A stretch of DNA of 32,000 nucleotides, from contig NC_015931.1 in NCBI RefSeq assembly GCF_000223395.1, forward strand, positions 390,001-422,000, read 5' to 3'. Below, one piece after another: positions 24,477-32,000 of this stretch. The notes below the pieces were generated by a model that was given only the letters and a program-made list of their open reading frames with translations, searched no databases and was not told the DNA's origin. Numbering within the stretch: position 1 is the stretch's first letter; every line of letters begins with the position of its first letter. This stretch comes from Pyrolobus fumarii 1A (GTDB taxonomy: Archaea > Thermoproteota > Thermoprotei_A > Sulfolobales > Pyrodictiaceae). Both the position numbers and the translations under genes were made by a program.

Positions 24477-25160
24477 TCACCCCTTGTAGAGACCATCTAG
24501 ATACCTCTTCATCGCGACGAGGAAGTCCAGTATCATGGCTTTGGATCTTCTAAATGCGCCATTCTCTTCAGCCTCGACTATGGCATTTATAAGGGAGCTC
24601 AAATCGACGAGATTCCCCTTTAGAATACCGAGCTGCTCCAAGCCCTTCACGGTTAGCACCAGGATCAGCGTGTAGCCGTCCTGGCTACACTCTCTGTCAA
24701 GGTGCCTAGCTATTGTAACATCGCATGCCGTGCTGGCTGCTGAAAGGCTGTTATAGAGGGTTGTGTAGCGGCTGCGATCCGCCTTAGACAAGTGGAATAT
24801 GAGGGCCGAAGCAACACCATAAGATGCAGCGTGTGATGTTAGATGCGCAGCTCTTGTTGGAAGAGCTTCACACTTGTAAAGCCCCAACACACATCTTAAC
24901 GATCTTCTTACAAGCTCGTCTTCCACTACCTGCTTTATATCATAACGTTCTCCCCTTGTAAGTGCCTCGAGCAGAGCACCCTTATGCTTCCTAAACGCCT
25001 CTCTAGCTTGTTCGAGCCGCCTCTCGTCAAGCTGTCTTCTCTCCGAGCTTATGCTAATATCAAAGCAGTAGTCATCTCCCATACAACTCTGTATCAACAT
25101 GTATAGCTTGTGTACGAGGCTGCCTGCAACAACGAGCGGCGTGTTGCGCGACAAGGCCAT
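24477..25160 (-). CDS. cmr5: Cmr5-like small subunit (Cas11 family), enlarged
   Basis: Predicted all-helical 227-aa protein in the cmr4-cmr6 slot. LPTRAAHLTSHAASYGVASALIFHLSKA and RSKAMILDFLVAMKRYLDGL resemble the conserved Cmr5 helices (xPxxIxxNGLxQTLAFLxAK ... WxKRFA). Confidence 0.6.
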   Translation of the reverse strand: MALSRNTPLVVAGSLVHKLYMLIQSCMGDDYCFDISISSERRQLDERRLEQAREAFRKHKGALLEALTRGERYDIKQVVEDELVRRSLRCVLGLYKCEALPTRAAHLTSHAASYGVASALIFHLSKADRSRYTTLYNSLSAASTACDVTIARHLDRECSQDGYTLILVLTVKGLEQLGILKGNLVDLSSLINAIVEAEENGAFRRSKAMILDFLVAMKRYLDGLYKG

Positions 25161-25166
25161 TCACCC

Positions 25167-26267
25167 TTAGACAACTTTTACGCGTATGATACCCGATGAG
25201 AGCGTATACTTGCCGCCAAGGATCACAGTGTCAATGCTCTTTAGGTGTGAGTTAGCGTCAACGTTGATACCGTTTTGTCTACCAGCCTCGCACACCCTAT
25301 TCTCGTAGATACTCTCCAATACAGCGGCTGCAGTTAGAGATCTTCTCGGTATGTACTCCTCTGTCCATAAAGCTCCCTCAGCTACAGTCTTTGTGTCGAT
25401 ACGGAGCCTCACCCTGGTAACGCGGACGAGGAGAGTGTCTACAAATCCCTGGCCGTCCCCCTCGCTGACGATTATCACGGGCTTACCCTGGACTATGCTC
25501 GCTCCGTGTCCTCCCTTACCCCAGTAGGCCTTCTCACTTAGCTTAAGCAACACGTCAATAGCATTCTTGCACTCGGAGAGTTCACCAGGTAGACTCTCAA
25601 GGTGTAACTTGTAATCACGTACCGTGAAGACATTGCCGGATACGTTGCCAACCTTGTATGCTCTTCCCTCTTCAAGGCTATAGGCTTGCGAGGCTATTCT
25701 GGAGAGGCAGTCTAGAAGACTACCGGCCTTCATTCCGCCCTTCTCACTGCCTATGAACTTGTCACTCCCGGCCACAAGCGTATAGACTCTAAGCACGTCA
25801 ACAAGCTTCTCGAGCAGCCAAGGTGTGGTTACATAGGCTGTGACCCCTTCTTCGCTCCTAGCGGGCAGGGCATAGACTATCATATCGGTGAATGCCAGCT
25901 TAGAGGCACCCTCCTCGCCCTCCTCGGGCTCCGGGCCGTAAAGACAACAGCAGGTGACACAGCCAGCAGCATCCTGCATGTTAGAGACTTGTACAACACG
26001 GCTGCACTGTACACGTCCCTGTGCACGGTTGAAACAGTTGTTATGTTTGCACCAGTCTATACAAGCCGTTGAGACCATACACCTAGTTTTAAGCGCGCCT
26101 TTGACTTCAGAGCGTGGTATGACTGGGTATCCTCCGGGATCCCTCTGCACCGGAAGATCGACTACACCGGGGCTCCTGCCTGCACCTGGATGCACATCAG
26201 TAACGGCTATGCCAAGCATCAACCAAGCTCTGGAGAAGATACCTGACACGTCTTGCCCCCGGGACAA
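25167..26267 (-). CDS. cmr4: Cmr4 (Cas7-family backbone/RNase subunit, type III-B)
   Basis: LGIAVTDVHPGAGRSPGVVDLPVQRDPGGYPVIPRSEVKGALKTR matches the Cmr4 N-terminal signature, including the Asp of the xVDxP site. CCCLYG, GALWTEEYIPRRS and ILGGKYTLSSGIIRV are the other RAMP motifs. Start uncertain: TTG 26267, GTG 26249 or ATG 26219. Confidence 0.9.
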   Translation of the reverse strand: MSRGQDVSGIFSRAWLMLGIAVTDVHPGAGRSPGVVDLPVQRDPGGYPVIPRSEVKGALKTRCMVSTACIDWCKHNNCFNRAQGRVQCSRVVQVSNMQDAAGCVTCCCLYGPEPEEGEEGASKLAFTDMIVYALPARSEEGVTAYVTTPWLLEKLVDVLRVYTLVAGSDKFIGSEKGGMKAGSLLDCLSRIASQAYSLEEGRAYKVGNVSGNVFTVRDYKLHLESLPGELSECKNAIDVLLKLSEKAYWGKGGHGASIVQGKPVIIVSEGDGQGFVDTLLVRVTRVRLRIDTKTVAEGALWTEEYIPRRSLTAAAVLESIYENRVCEAGRQNGINVDANSHLKSIDTVILGGKYTLSSGIIRVKVV

Positions 26268-26397
26268 TCAAGTCTACACCATATAGAGCAGCCCAACCGA
26301 AGTATAAATATAGATGCCTATATATGACCGTACGTAAGGCTCTTTTCTTACCACTACGCAGCGCGTATAGAGTAGGGCCAAGGATAGAGGTGTAACA
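26268..26397. promoter_or_regulatory. Bidirectional promoter region of the two cmr operons
   Basis: 130-nt AT-rich gap between divergent cmr4 and cas10, containing TATAAATATA (26303-26312) and CTATATATG (26318-26326). These are usable as archaeal TATA boxes on either strand. Confidence 0.4.
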
Positions 26398-29300
26398 TTG
26401 GCGACCACCTCCTTATGCAGTAAACGGGACGATGCAAGCTTCTGGGCCTATAAGCTCGCTGTGCTCTTACACGATGTGCCTTGGAAGCCATGTATCGTTG
26501 CAGCTCCGTCACGGAGAAGAGTCGTTACCGGGGGAAGGAGAGGGTATATCCTCGACTGTTGTGGTTTGCGTCTAGAGGTTCCCTCGGAGGGCGAGCTGCT
26601 CAAAGAGTATGGGTTGAAAAGCTTAGAAAAGAACGATATCGAGGCGATTGGCGTCCTCCATCTACTACGCAGGCTTCTTGAAGCCAGAGGGTTTAGAGAA
26701 GCCTCGGAGGCCCTACGAAGGGTCATTGAGAGCTGGGATAAAGTCGCAAAAGCCGACTCTAGGGCTTCTACTCTTGACCGCCTACTTCTCGGCAGCATAT
26801 GCCACAAGTTGAAGAAAGATGATGATCCCTGCAATTGCAGATTAGACGACATGAGAATAGTTAACATCTTCAAGCCTCATGTATACTTTAAACTACCTTG
26901 GAGAGTGTGCGAGGAACTTGAAGAGAGAGTTGAAGGGTTCCTACGGGGCCTTCTTGAAGCCGTTGATGTGGTCCTTGGAGATTTGAGGGGGAGAGGTGAC
27001 ACAGCCACAGTTCTACGCGTCGTGTACAACGTGGTTTATGCTCTTCTCGAGCCTCTCTGGTACCGATATAACCCCGGATTTGTAGCCCCCGCCGATACAA
27101 GGTTCCCGACCCATAGCGTGATAGACCATCTCTACGCGTCTGTGCTCGCATCAAACCTTGTTATCGGGGGCAGGAGCGCAGAGGCTGTTGTGATAGACTT
27201 CCCGGGTATTCAGGAGTTTGTCTCGAAGGGGAGGAAGACTAGAGACTATTGGAGCGGCTCTTGGATACTCTCACTACTCGCCTGGAAGGCTGTCGAGCCG
27301 CTGGTAGAGGAGTATGGCCCAGATATCCTTGTCTCTCCGGCTGCATCCTCCAACCCATTCTACTACGCATATCTCGTGAAGCTCGTGGAGGATGTAGCTG
27401 GCGTCGAAGCCGCTAGAAGAGTGTCGAGCATACTAGCTGAATCGAGCTTCGCATGGAGGAGAGGATGGCCCTCGCAGCCGCTTATGCCTGCCACAACTAT
27501 ACTCATACTACCCTGTAGTATCCCGAGAGACAAGCTGCAGAGGATTGTAGAGAGTGCCGTGAAGGAAGCGTGGCAGAAGCTTGCCGAGAAGGCCTTCGAG
27601 TTCCTGGATATCCTGACAAAGGGGACGTCTGGCGAGGAACAAGCAGGCATAGAGACACTCGCGGATATACTCTGCGGCGATAGATGCGAAGATGAGGCAC
27701 ACAGCCAACTAGTGAAGCTCTACAATGATTACATTGAAGAAGTTAAGCGTAAACCCCCAATCTCTCCCATAGTGGCTGTAGCGAATGTAAATGCTGTTTC
27801 TTCGAGTGTCACACAGAGGCTATATGCAATCCGGCAGGGTATGCCAGAGATCGAGGATTACGTGTCACTCGAGAAGCTACGTGACATCCTTGAGTTCGAC
27901 GCCCTTTTGGAGTGTGTCTTTGTCACCGAGAAGCCGAGCGTCGATAAGCTTAGGGTATTGCCGCCTGCAAGGTACATTAGAAGTGTCCATACTTTAACCG
28001 AGACAGCGTATAATAGAAGGAGGGTTGTACGCAGGTGTAGCGTCTGCGGCATAATGCCGGAGGTTATACGCGTCCGCAGAGGCTATAGAGGCCATGTAAT
28101 ACTCGATGAGAGAGAGCATCTGTGTCCAGTTTGCCTAGTCAAGAGGCTTCTACCTCTCACGATTAAACGAGTAGTTAGTGAGCTTTTTGGGAGCGTGGTT
28201 GGAGGTAATGCCTTCACCCTGCAGGTTCTGAGCACGAGCGATCTTAGCGACTATTGGATGGCTCCTAGGGCTGAGAGGAGGGTCCTAGAGGAGACTGGAG
28301 AGAGGTTTGAAGACGCACGAACACTCGTTCTTGATGTGGTTAGGGTTGTGGGTGTTGAACGCGAAGATAATCTGGATCAATTTGTGGATCACGTTGCAGC
28401 CACTTTATCCGAGGCTAGTATCAAGCCGGTAGAAAGGCCGCGCCTCGTAGAATACGCTGTAGTCATGGGAGATGGTGATAGGATTGGTAGCGGTTATTGG
28501 AGAGGTGACTTAGGAGTAGAGCCCTACGAGTATGTTATGAGTGTCCATGAGGTTGTAAGGTGTGTTGGGGAGGAGGCTGCAAAGCTGCACGCTAAGGTGT
28601 TTGAACTGCTTGTAAAGGCTGCTGGCAGAGCCACAACAATATTAACGCCATCGTATATCTATACATTCTCCCGTTCGCTCATGGCGACAGCACTGGTTGA
28701 CGAGGTTGTTGTGAGGTCTCTCGGAGGCGTCTTAGTCTATGCTGGAGGCGATGACATATATGCTATGGTGCCTCTCCACGCACCTCCATGGAGAGTGGAC
28801 AGAAAGACATACCTTAACCCAGCGTTAGTCTCTCTGATAGCGGGTTACGCCTCCATATACTCGAAGAACCCGTATAACGTACCGCTGAAGAAGCTCCTAG
28901 ATAGGCTTGTAGAGCTCCTAGGCTGTAAAGACGGCTGCTGGAACCTAAGTCTCCCAGTAGCAGTTGTGGCTGTATACACTACGAGGCTCAACTATTGGGG
29001 CATAGTGGATTCCTGGAATCCAGTGATAGGTGACTTTACACCCGGTTTTCATGTCATCCCGGGTTTGGCTGCAGCAGCTACAGTCGCCTATGGGAGAAGC
29101 TATGGACTGAACGTAGCCCACTACCGAGATCCGCTCTGGAGCGTCTATAATGCCGTCCATGAACTTGAAGATATGAAGGACGAGGTGAGTCATGCAAAGA
29201 GAAACAAGGTCGAAAAGGATGTAACAATAGCGGCTTATAAAAGACACCTTGGTGACAAACCGTCTATAATACCAAATGTTGATCCTGATGCTTGCAAGGA

Positions 29301-29643
29301 GCATAGGATTGTAGATGCATTGAGGAATTCGCCACTCGCAGCAACTATCTGGATACTCTCGCGGATTGGGAGAGGGTTGTTATTCTCTCGAAGCTTAATA
29401 TACGACTTGGCAGAGCCCATTGGCAGCAAAAACTATCAAGAAATGTATGATGAGCTAGGAGCTTCTATAGACGAGATTGTAAGATTATACATACATGTGT
29501 TCAGCAGTAATGCTAGACGCAGGCCCAGTACAGAGCTTCTAGAGATGCTTAGAAGGCTTGCCGAACACCAGGTTTTAACGGCACAAAAGAATGTACGTTC
29601 CATCCATATAGTCTCAAAGTCGCTCCATAAATTAGCTCCCTAA
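26398..29643 (+). CDS. cas10: Cas10 / Cmr2 (type III-B large subunit) with HD, zinc-finger and GGDD cyclase motifs
   Basis: Matches to the Cmr2 family:
- N-terminal AVLLHDVPWKP (HD at 26470-26475).
- APADTRFPTHSVIDHL.
- FPGIQEFVSKGRKTRDYWSGSWILSLLAWKA and GPDILVSP.
- Zn finger CSVCG...CPVC (28036-28134).
- First palm motif VMGDGDRIG.
- VYAGGDDIYAMVP (GGDD at 28744-28755).

The start appears to be a TTG at 26398; there is no in-frame ATG or GTG upstream of the HD motif. Confidence 0.95.
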   Translation: MATTSLCSKRDDASFWAYKLAVLLHDVPWKPCIVAAPSRRRVVTGGRRGYILDCCGLRLEVPSEGELLKEYGLKSLEKNDIEAIGVLHLLRRLLEARGFREASEALRRVIESWDKVAKADSRASTLDRLLLGSICHKLKKDDDPCNCRLDDMRIVNIFKPHVYFKLPWRVCEELEERVEGFLRGLLEAVDVVLGDLRGRGDTATVLRVVYNVVYALLEPLWYRYNPGFVAPADTRFPTHSVIDHLYASVLASNLVIGGRSAEAVVIDFPGIQEFVSKGRKTRDYWSGSWILSLLAWKAVEPLVEEYGPDILVSPAASSNPFYYAYLVKLVEDVAGVEAARRVSSILAESSFAWRRGWPSQPLMPATTILILPCSIPRDKLQRIVESAVKEAWQKLAEKAFEFLDILTKGTSGEEQAGIETLADILCGDRCEDEAHSQLVKLYNDYIEEVKRKPPISPIVAVANVNAVSSSVTQRLYAIRQGMPEIEDYVSLEKLRDILEFDALLECVFVTEKPSVDKLRVLPPARYIRSVHTLTETAYNRRRVVRRCSVCGIMPEVIRVRRGYRGHVILDEREHLCPVCLVKRLLPLTIKRVVSELFGSVVGGNAFTLQVLSTSDLSDYWMAPRAERRVLEETGERFEDARTLVLDVVRVVGVEREDNLDQFVDHVAATLSEASIKPVERPRLVEYAVVMGDGDRIGSGYWRGDLGVEPYEYVMSVHEVVRCVGEEAAKLHAKVFELLVKAAGRATTILTPSYIYTFSRSLMATALVDEVVVRSLGGVLVYAGGDDIYAMVPLHAPPWRVDRKTYLNPALVSLIAGYASIYSKNPYNVPLKKLLDRLVELLGCKDGCWNLSLPVAVVAVYTTRLNYWGIVDSWNPVIGDFTPGFHVIPGLAAAATVAYGRSYGLNVAHYRDPLWSVYNAVHELEDMKDEVSHAKRNKVEKDVTIAAYKRHLGDKPSIIPNVDPDACKEHRIVDALRNSPLAATIWILSRIGRGLLFSRSLIYDLAEPIGSKNYQEMYDELGASIDEIVRLYIHVFSSNARRRPSTELLEMLRRLAEHQVLTAQKNVRSIHIVSKSLHKLAP

Positions 29644-29644
29644 G

Positions 29645-30958
29645 GTGGGAGCTATGGCCATCTACCCCATAGGCCTTATTGCCCGAGGTTATACACCACT
29701 ATTGTTCACATGGGATGGACTCTACACGTTCACAGCCACCGGCCCCTCAGCATCGCCGATGACAAGACCCGTACCGATGCCCTCAACATTCACGGGTATG
29801 CTGGCGTCGCTAGCCAACGTTAGCGTTGCAGGAAAAACCCCAGTAGAGGAAGTTGCCAAGCTTGCCGGAGAGGCGTTAGGCTGCAAAGACTATAGGATAC
29901 GTGGCTATCTTCTCATGCTCGATAGGAGTGTGTGCACTGGAAATATAGGAGAGTTTGAAAGCTTATACATAATGGTTGACCTACGCGGCTATAATCCCCT
30001 TTTCTGGGTTGAAAGACTACGCCCAAGCAGCCTGAGCGACTTGATGATCAATGTAGAAGCGTGGGTGAAGACCGGTGTTGCGTTAAGTATCGAAGATAGG
30101 GTTGTCATAGGCGCTAGGATGCGTACAAGAAACTTGGACGGCGGCCCCGGAGCCTATACCGTCCTCTACACGCCCCCTGAGATGCGAAAGGCTGATAACA
30201 GGATGTGCATAGGAGTTTATGCTGAATTATTCTGTGAGGGTGATGAAAAACCTAAGAGGATTCTAGGTGTACTGGGTGGCGACCGCGGCATCGCTGAGGT
30301 GGTAACATCCAAGCCTATCCTGTACGAAAGTCTCAAAGACGAGTGGAATAAGGTGCGACAGCTGACTAATGCGAGTGTAAGAAGCATACGTTGCAGCTTT
30401 TATGCGCTACTTGCCTCGCCGTTACCCCTCACTGTGAAAGAGGCAGAGGAGCTAGTAAATAATGGCAAAGTCTTAGGCAACAACATGGAACAAAGGAATG
30501 CAACCCTCGCGGCTACATCATCAAGACTCGCTTCGAGACTCGGAGTTAGCAGGATAGAGTTGAGCATAGAGACACCTAGTAGATGGGAGGTTAGAAAACT
30601 CCTAGAAACCATACTAGAAGGTGAAGGGGCACTCAGAGAGAAACTCGAGAAGCTGTTACAGCCGCGGCTAACGGCAAGAGGCATAGGATATGACATTGCA
30701 TATAATGCCCCAAGACCCTACCATGTGATGCTCGAACCTGGAGGGATAATAGCGATTGAGGTGAAGATACAAGACACTATAGGCTCTCAAGCGGATCTCC
30801 CGGCTAGGCTCCTCGAGGCCATCTACGTCGAGGGTATAGCAGATGATAGCCTCGCTAAACTCGGCTGGGGTACGGTCATACCAACAACACTACCGAGATT
30901 ACATCCGCTAGCAGCAACACAATACAAACCTAGGCCTATATGTGTACCCTATGTTTGA
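29645..30958 (+). CDS. cmr3: Cmr3 (Cas5-family subunit, type III-B)
   Basis: YTPLLFTWDGLYTFTATGPSASPMTRPVPMPSTFTGMLASL fits the Cmr3 N-terminal pattern (LLFRxxRPF...P.PsTxxGxxR). C-terminal LAKLGWGTVIP is the G-rich loop. It lies directly after cas10; GTG 29645 or ATG 29654. Confidence 0.85.
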   Translation: MGAMAIYPIGLIARGYTPLLFTWDGLYTFTATGPSASPMTRPVPMPSTFTGMLASLANVSVAGKTPVEEVAKLAGEALGCKDYRIRGYLLMLDRSVCTGNIGEFESLYIMVDLRGYNPLFWVERLRPSSLSDLMINVEAWVKTGVALSIEDRVVIGARMRTRNLDGGPGAYTVLYTPPEMRKADNRMCIGVYAELFCEGDEKPKRILGVLGGDRGIAEVVTSKPILYESLKDEWNKVRQLTNASVRSIRCSFYALLASPLPLTVKEAEELVNNGKVLGNNMEQRNATLAATSSRLASRLGVSRIELSIETPSRWEVRKLLETILEGEGALREKLEKLLQPRLTARGIGYDIAYNAPRPYHVMLEPGGIIAIEVKIQDTIGSQADLPARLLEAIYVEGIADDSLAKLGWGTVIPTTLPRLHPLAATQYKPRPICVPYV

Positions 30959-31473
30959 AAACGGAGATTGTGCTGGGCGAGATGTCGACTGCAGGGATCA
31001 GAGTGGTTACGACAGACAACCCATGTTGCAAGGGTGCCAGGATAGTAGCAGAGACTCCATGCGCTCTTAGACAATTATTCTTTTCTTACCGTATTGAAAC
31101 TATGTACGAGTTAATACGATATTTATTTGAGCTATGCTTGGTTAGTTAACGTAAATGGTAAGCACTTATAGCATGAGCCTTGGTAATGCAAAGGGGGCAT
31201 GGTGAATACGGCAAAGAGCTACACTTAATCTCTTACAGTTGGTGGTGATTGTTTTCTTAAGCACTGTGCAGAGTGCTCTGAAGGCGTTAAGGTATCGCGG
31301 AACATCCTCTGGCGAAGTTCGTCTGGCCAGGAATTACTTTTTATCAAAAGTTAGTTACAGTTGAACGTTTTACACCGTGTTAAAGTTATGCAGCAAGTAC
31401 ATGTTTCGATTCATTTGTGTTACCTGCAGCTCTCTAGTGCTCTCTTGATCGCCCCCGGTAGGCTGGTATTTAC

Positions 31474-31770
31474 CTAGTGTGACGTTCGCCCATGTACTAT
31501 CTCCTGGCTCGGTGATAAGGTGCCGTCGTGTATTAGGGGTGTGGCCTTGTATATCATGAGGTTGTGCTTGACTAGTGTCATGTAGGCTTCGAGTATCCTC
31601 GTGTTGGGGTTGTCGTGTGGCGTGTCTGGGGCTCCCGGCGGACCTTGTAACTTTCCCTCTATTAGGCTTCTTGCTCTCTGGCTCCCGAGGCCTGTACTAA
31701 CGGAGCGTATCGTTTGTTGATGTTGACTCGAGACGGTTGGATTTAGGATGATTCTCAAACCTTGTGGCAT
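31474..31770 (-). CDS. Doubtful ORF (98 aa)
   Basis: The only ORF in this stretch. Low-complexity N-terminal half, no motif recognised. Confidence 0.15.
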   Translation of the reverse strand: MPQGLRIILNPTVSSQHQQTIRSVSTGLGSQRARSLIEGKLQGPPGAPDTPHDNPNTRILEAYMTLVKHNLMIYKATPLIHDGTLSPSQEIVHGRTSH

Positions 31771-31817
31771 GATGTGTGACGTGTAAGGGGAAAGCTAATT
31801 GGTTTGGAGAGTATGGT

Positions 31818-32000
31818 GTGTTTGGAGGTGCGAGGTTGTCTAGGGTTATAAGGGTGAGGTACGAGGGGGGTGTGCTTAAGCCGTTGGAGCCGTTGGATTT
31901 GGAGGAGGGGGAGGAGGTTCAGGTCGTTATAGGGGTTAGGCGGGGCTCTGTTACTAAGAAGCTTTACGGGATTGCGAAGAGGCGTAGACCGGAGCTTACA
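31818..32000 (+). CDS. DUF104 (AF2212-like) putative antitoxin, partial at the window edge
   Basis: My own translation from the GTG at 31818 (or the TTG at 31836) gives ...SRVIRVRYEGGVLKPLEPLDLEEGEEVQVVIGVRRGSVTKKLYGIAKRRRPELT. This is the classic DUF104 pattern (GxLKPLEPxxLxEGEEVxxxI). The frame is open to the end of the window. Confidence 0.55.
   Translation, partial: MFGGARLSRVIRVRYEGGVLKPLEPLDLEEGEEVQVVIGVRRGSVTKKLYGIAKRRRPELT

Noticed and set aside
25954-26110. Cys-rich insert in Cmr4 (CIDWCKHNNC...C...CVTCCCLYG) as something unusual
   Set aside because: Cas7-family type III subunits (Csm3/Cmr4) commonly carry a Cys cluster ending in C-x-x-FG/YG at this position. It is probably a normal Zn site, so I did not report it as a finding.
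26448-29429. Antisense and alternative-frame ORFs within cas10 (26448..26873, 26888..27154, 27363..27650, 28945..29304 and others)
   Set aside because: They are embedded in a gene with unambiguous Cmr2 motifs along its whole length.
30940-31149. 69-aa ORF overlapping the end of cmr3
   Set aside because: It has no motif, starts inside cmr3, and ends in AT-rich non-coding-looking sequence. I treated it as chance.
1-32000. Scan for tRNA, rRNA, RNase P, SRP RNA, IS elements and transposase or integrase genes
   Set aside because: I found no T-loop/acceptor pattern, no conserved RNase P or SRP motifs, and no terminal inverted repeats with a transposase ORF. This is a by-eye scan, so absence is not proven.

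Overview
The window looks like an archaeal CRISPR-Cas supercluster. The genome is high-GC, and the repeat type and gene content are crenarchaeal in style; that taxonomic placement is inference only.

Gene order from left to right:
- A CRISPR array of 18 identical 25-nt repeats that runs off the left edge.
- A vapBC toxin-antitoxin pair and a hypothetical gene.
- A FecCD/BtuCD-type ABC importer whose binding protein is a tandem duplication.
- An orphan 301-aa gene, a Cys-X5-Arg phosphatase and the CARF-wHTH regulator Csa3.
- A type I-A interference operon: csa5?-cas7-cas5-cas8a?-cas3'-cas3''.
- A 4.8-kb accessory stretch. It holds a coiled-coil membrane protein, a small ORF with a RAMP-like glycine loop, a DUF4258/DUF2283 pair and an ORF-poor 0.8 kb. 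It also holds a 446-aa ImmA/IrrE-like HExxH protein, a truncated phosphatase paralogue and a cas3'' pseudogene.
- A visibly lower-GC type III-B module in two divergent operons: cmr4-cmr5-cmr6-cmr1 and cas10(cmr2)-cmr3.
- An AT-rich gap, then the start of a DUF104-type antitoxin gene at the right edge.

I found no cas1, cas2, cas4 or cas6, no CARF/SAVED effector next to the Cmr genes, and no tRNA or rRNA.

The best candidates for undescribed biology are:
- the HExxH protein that is operonic with a phosphatase remnant, sitting between the two interference modules;
- the recurrence of a Cys-phosphatase beside each cas module;
- the atypically large Cmr1 and Cmr5 subunits.

All family calls come from motif reading by eye. 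No database search was run.
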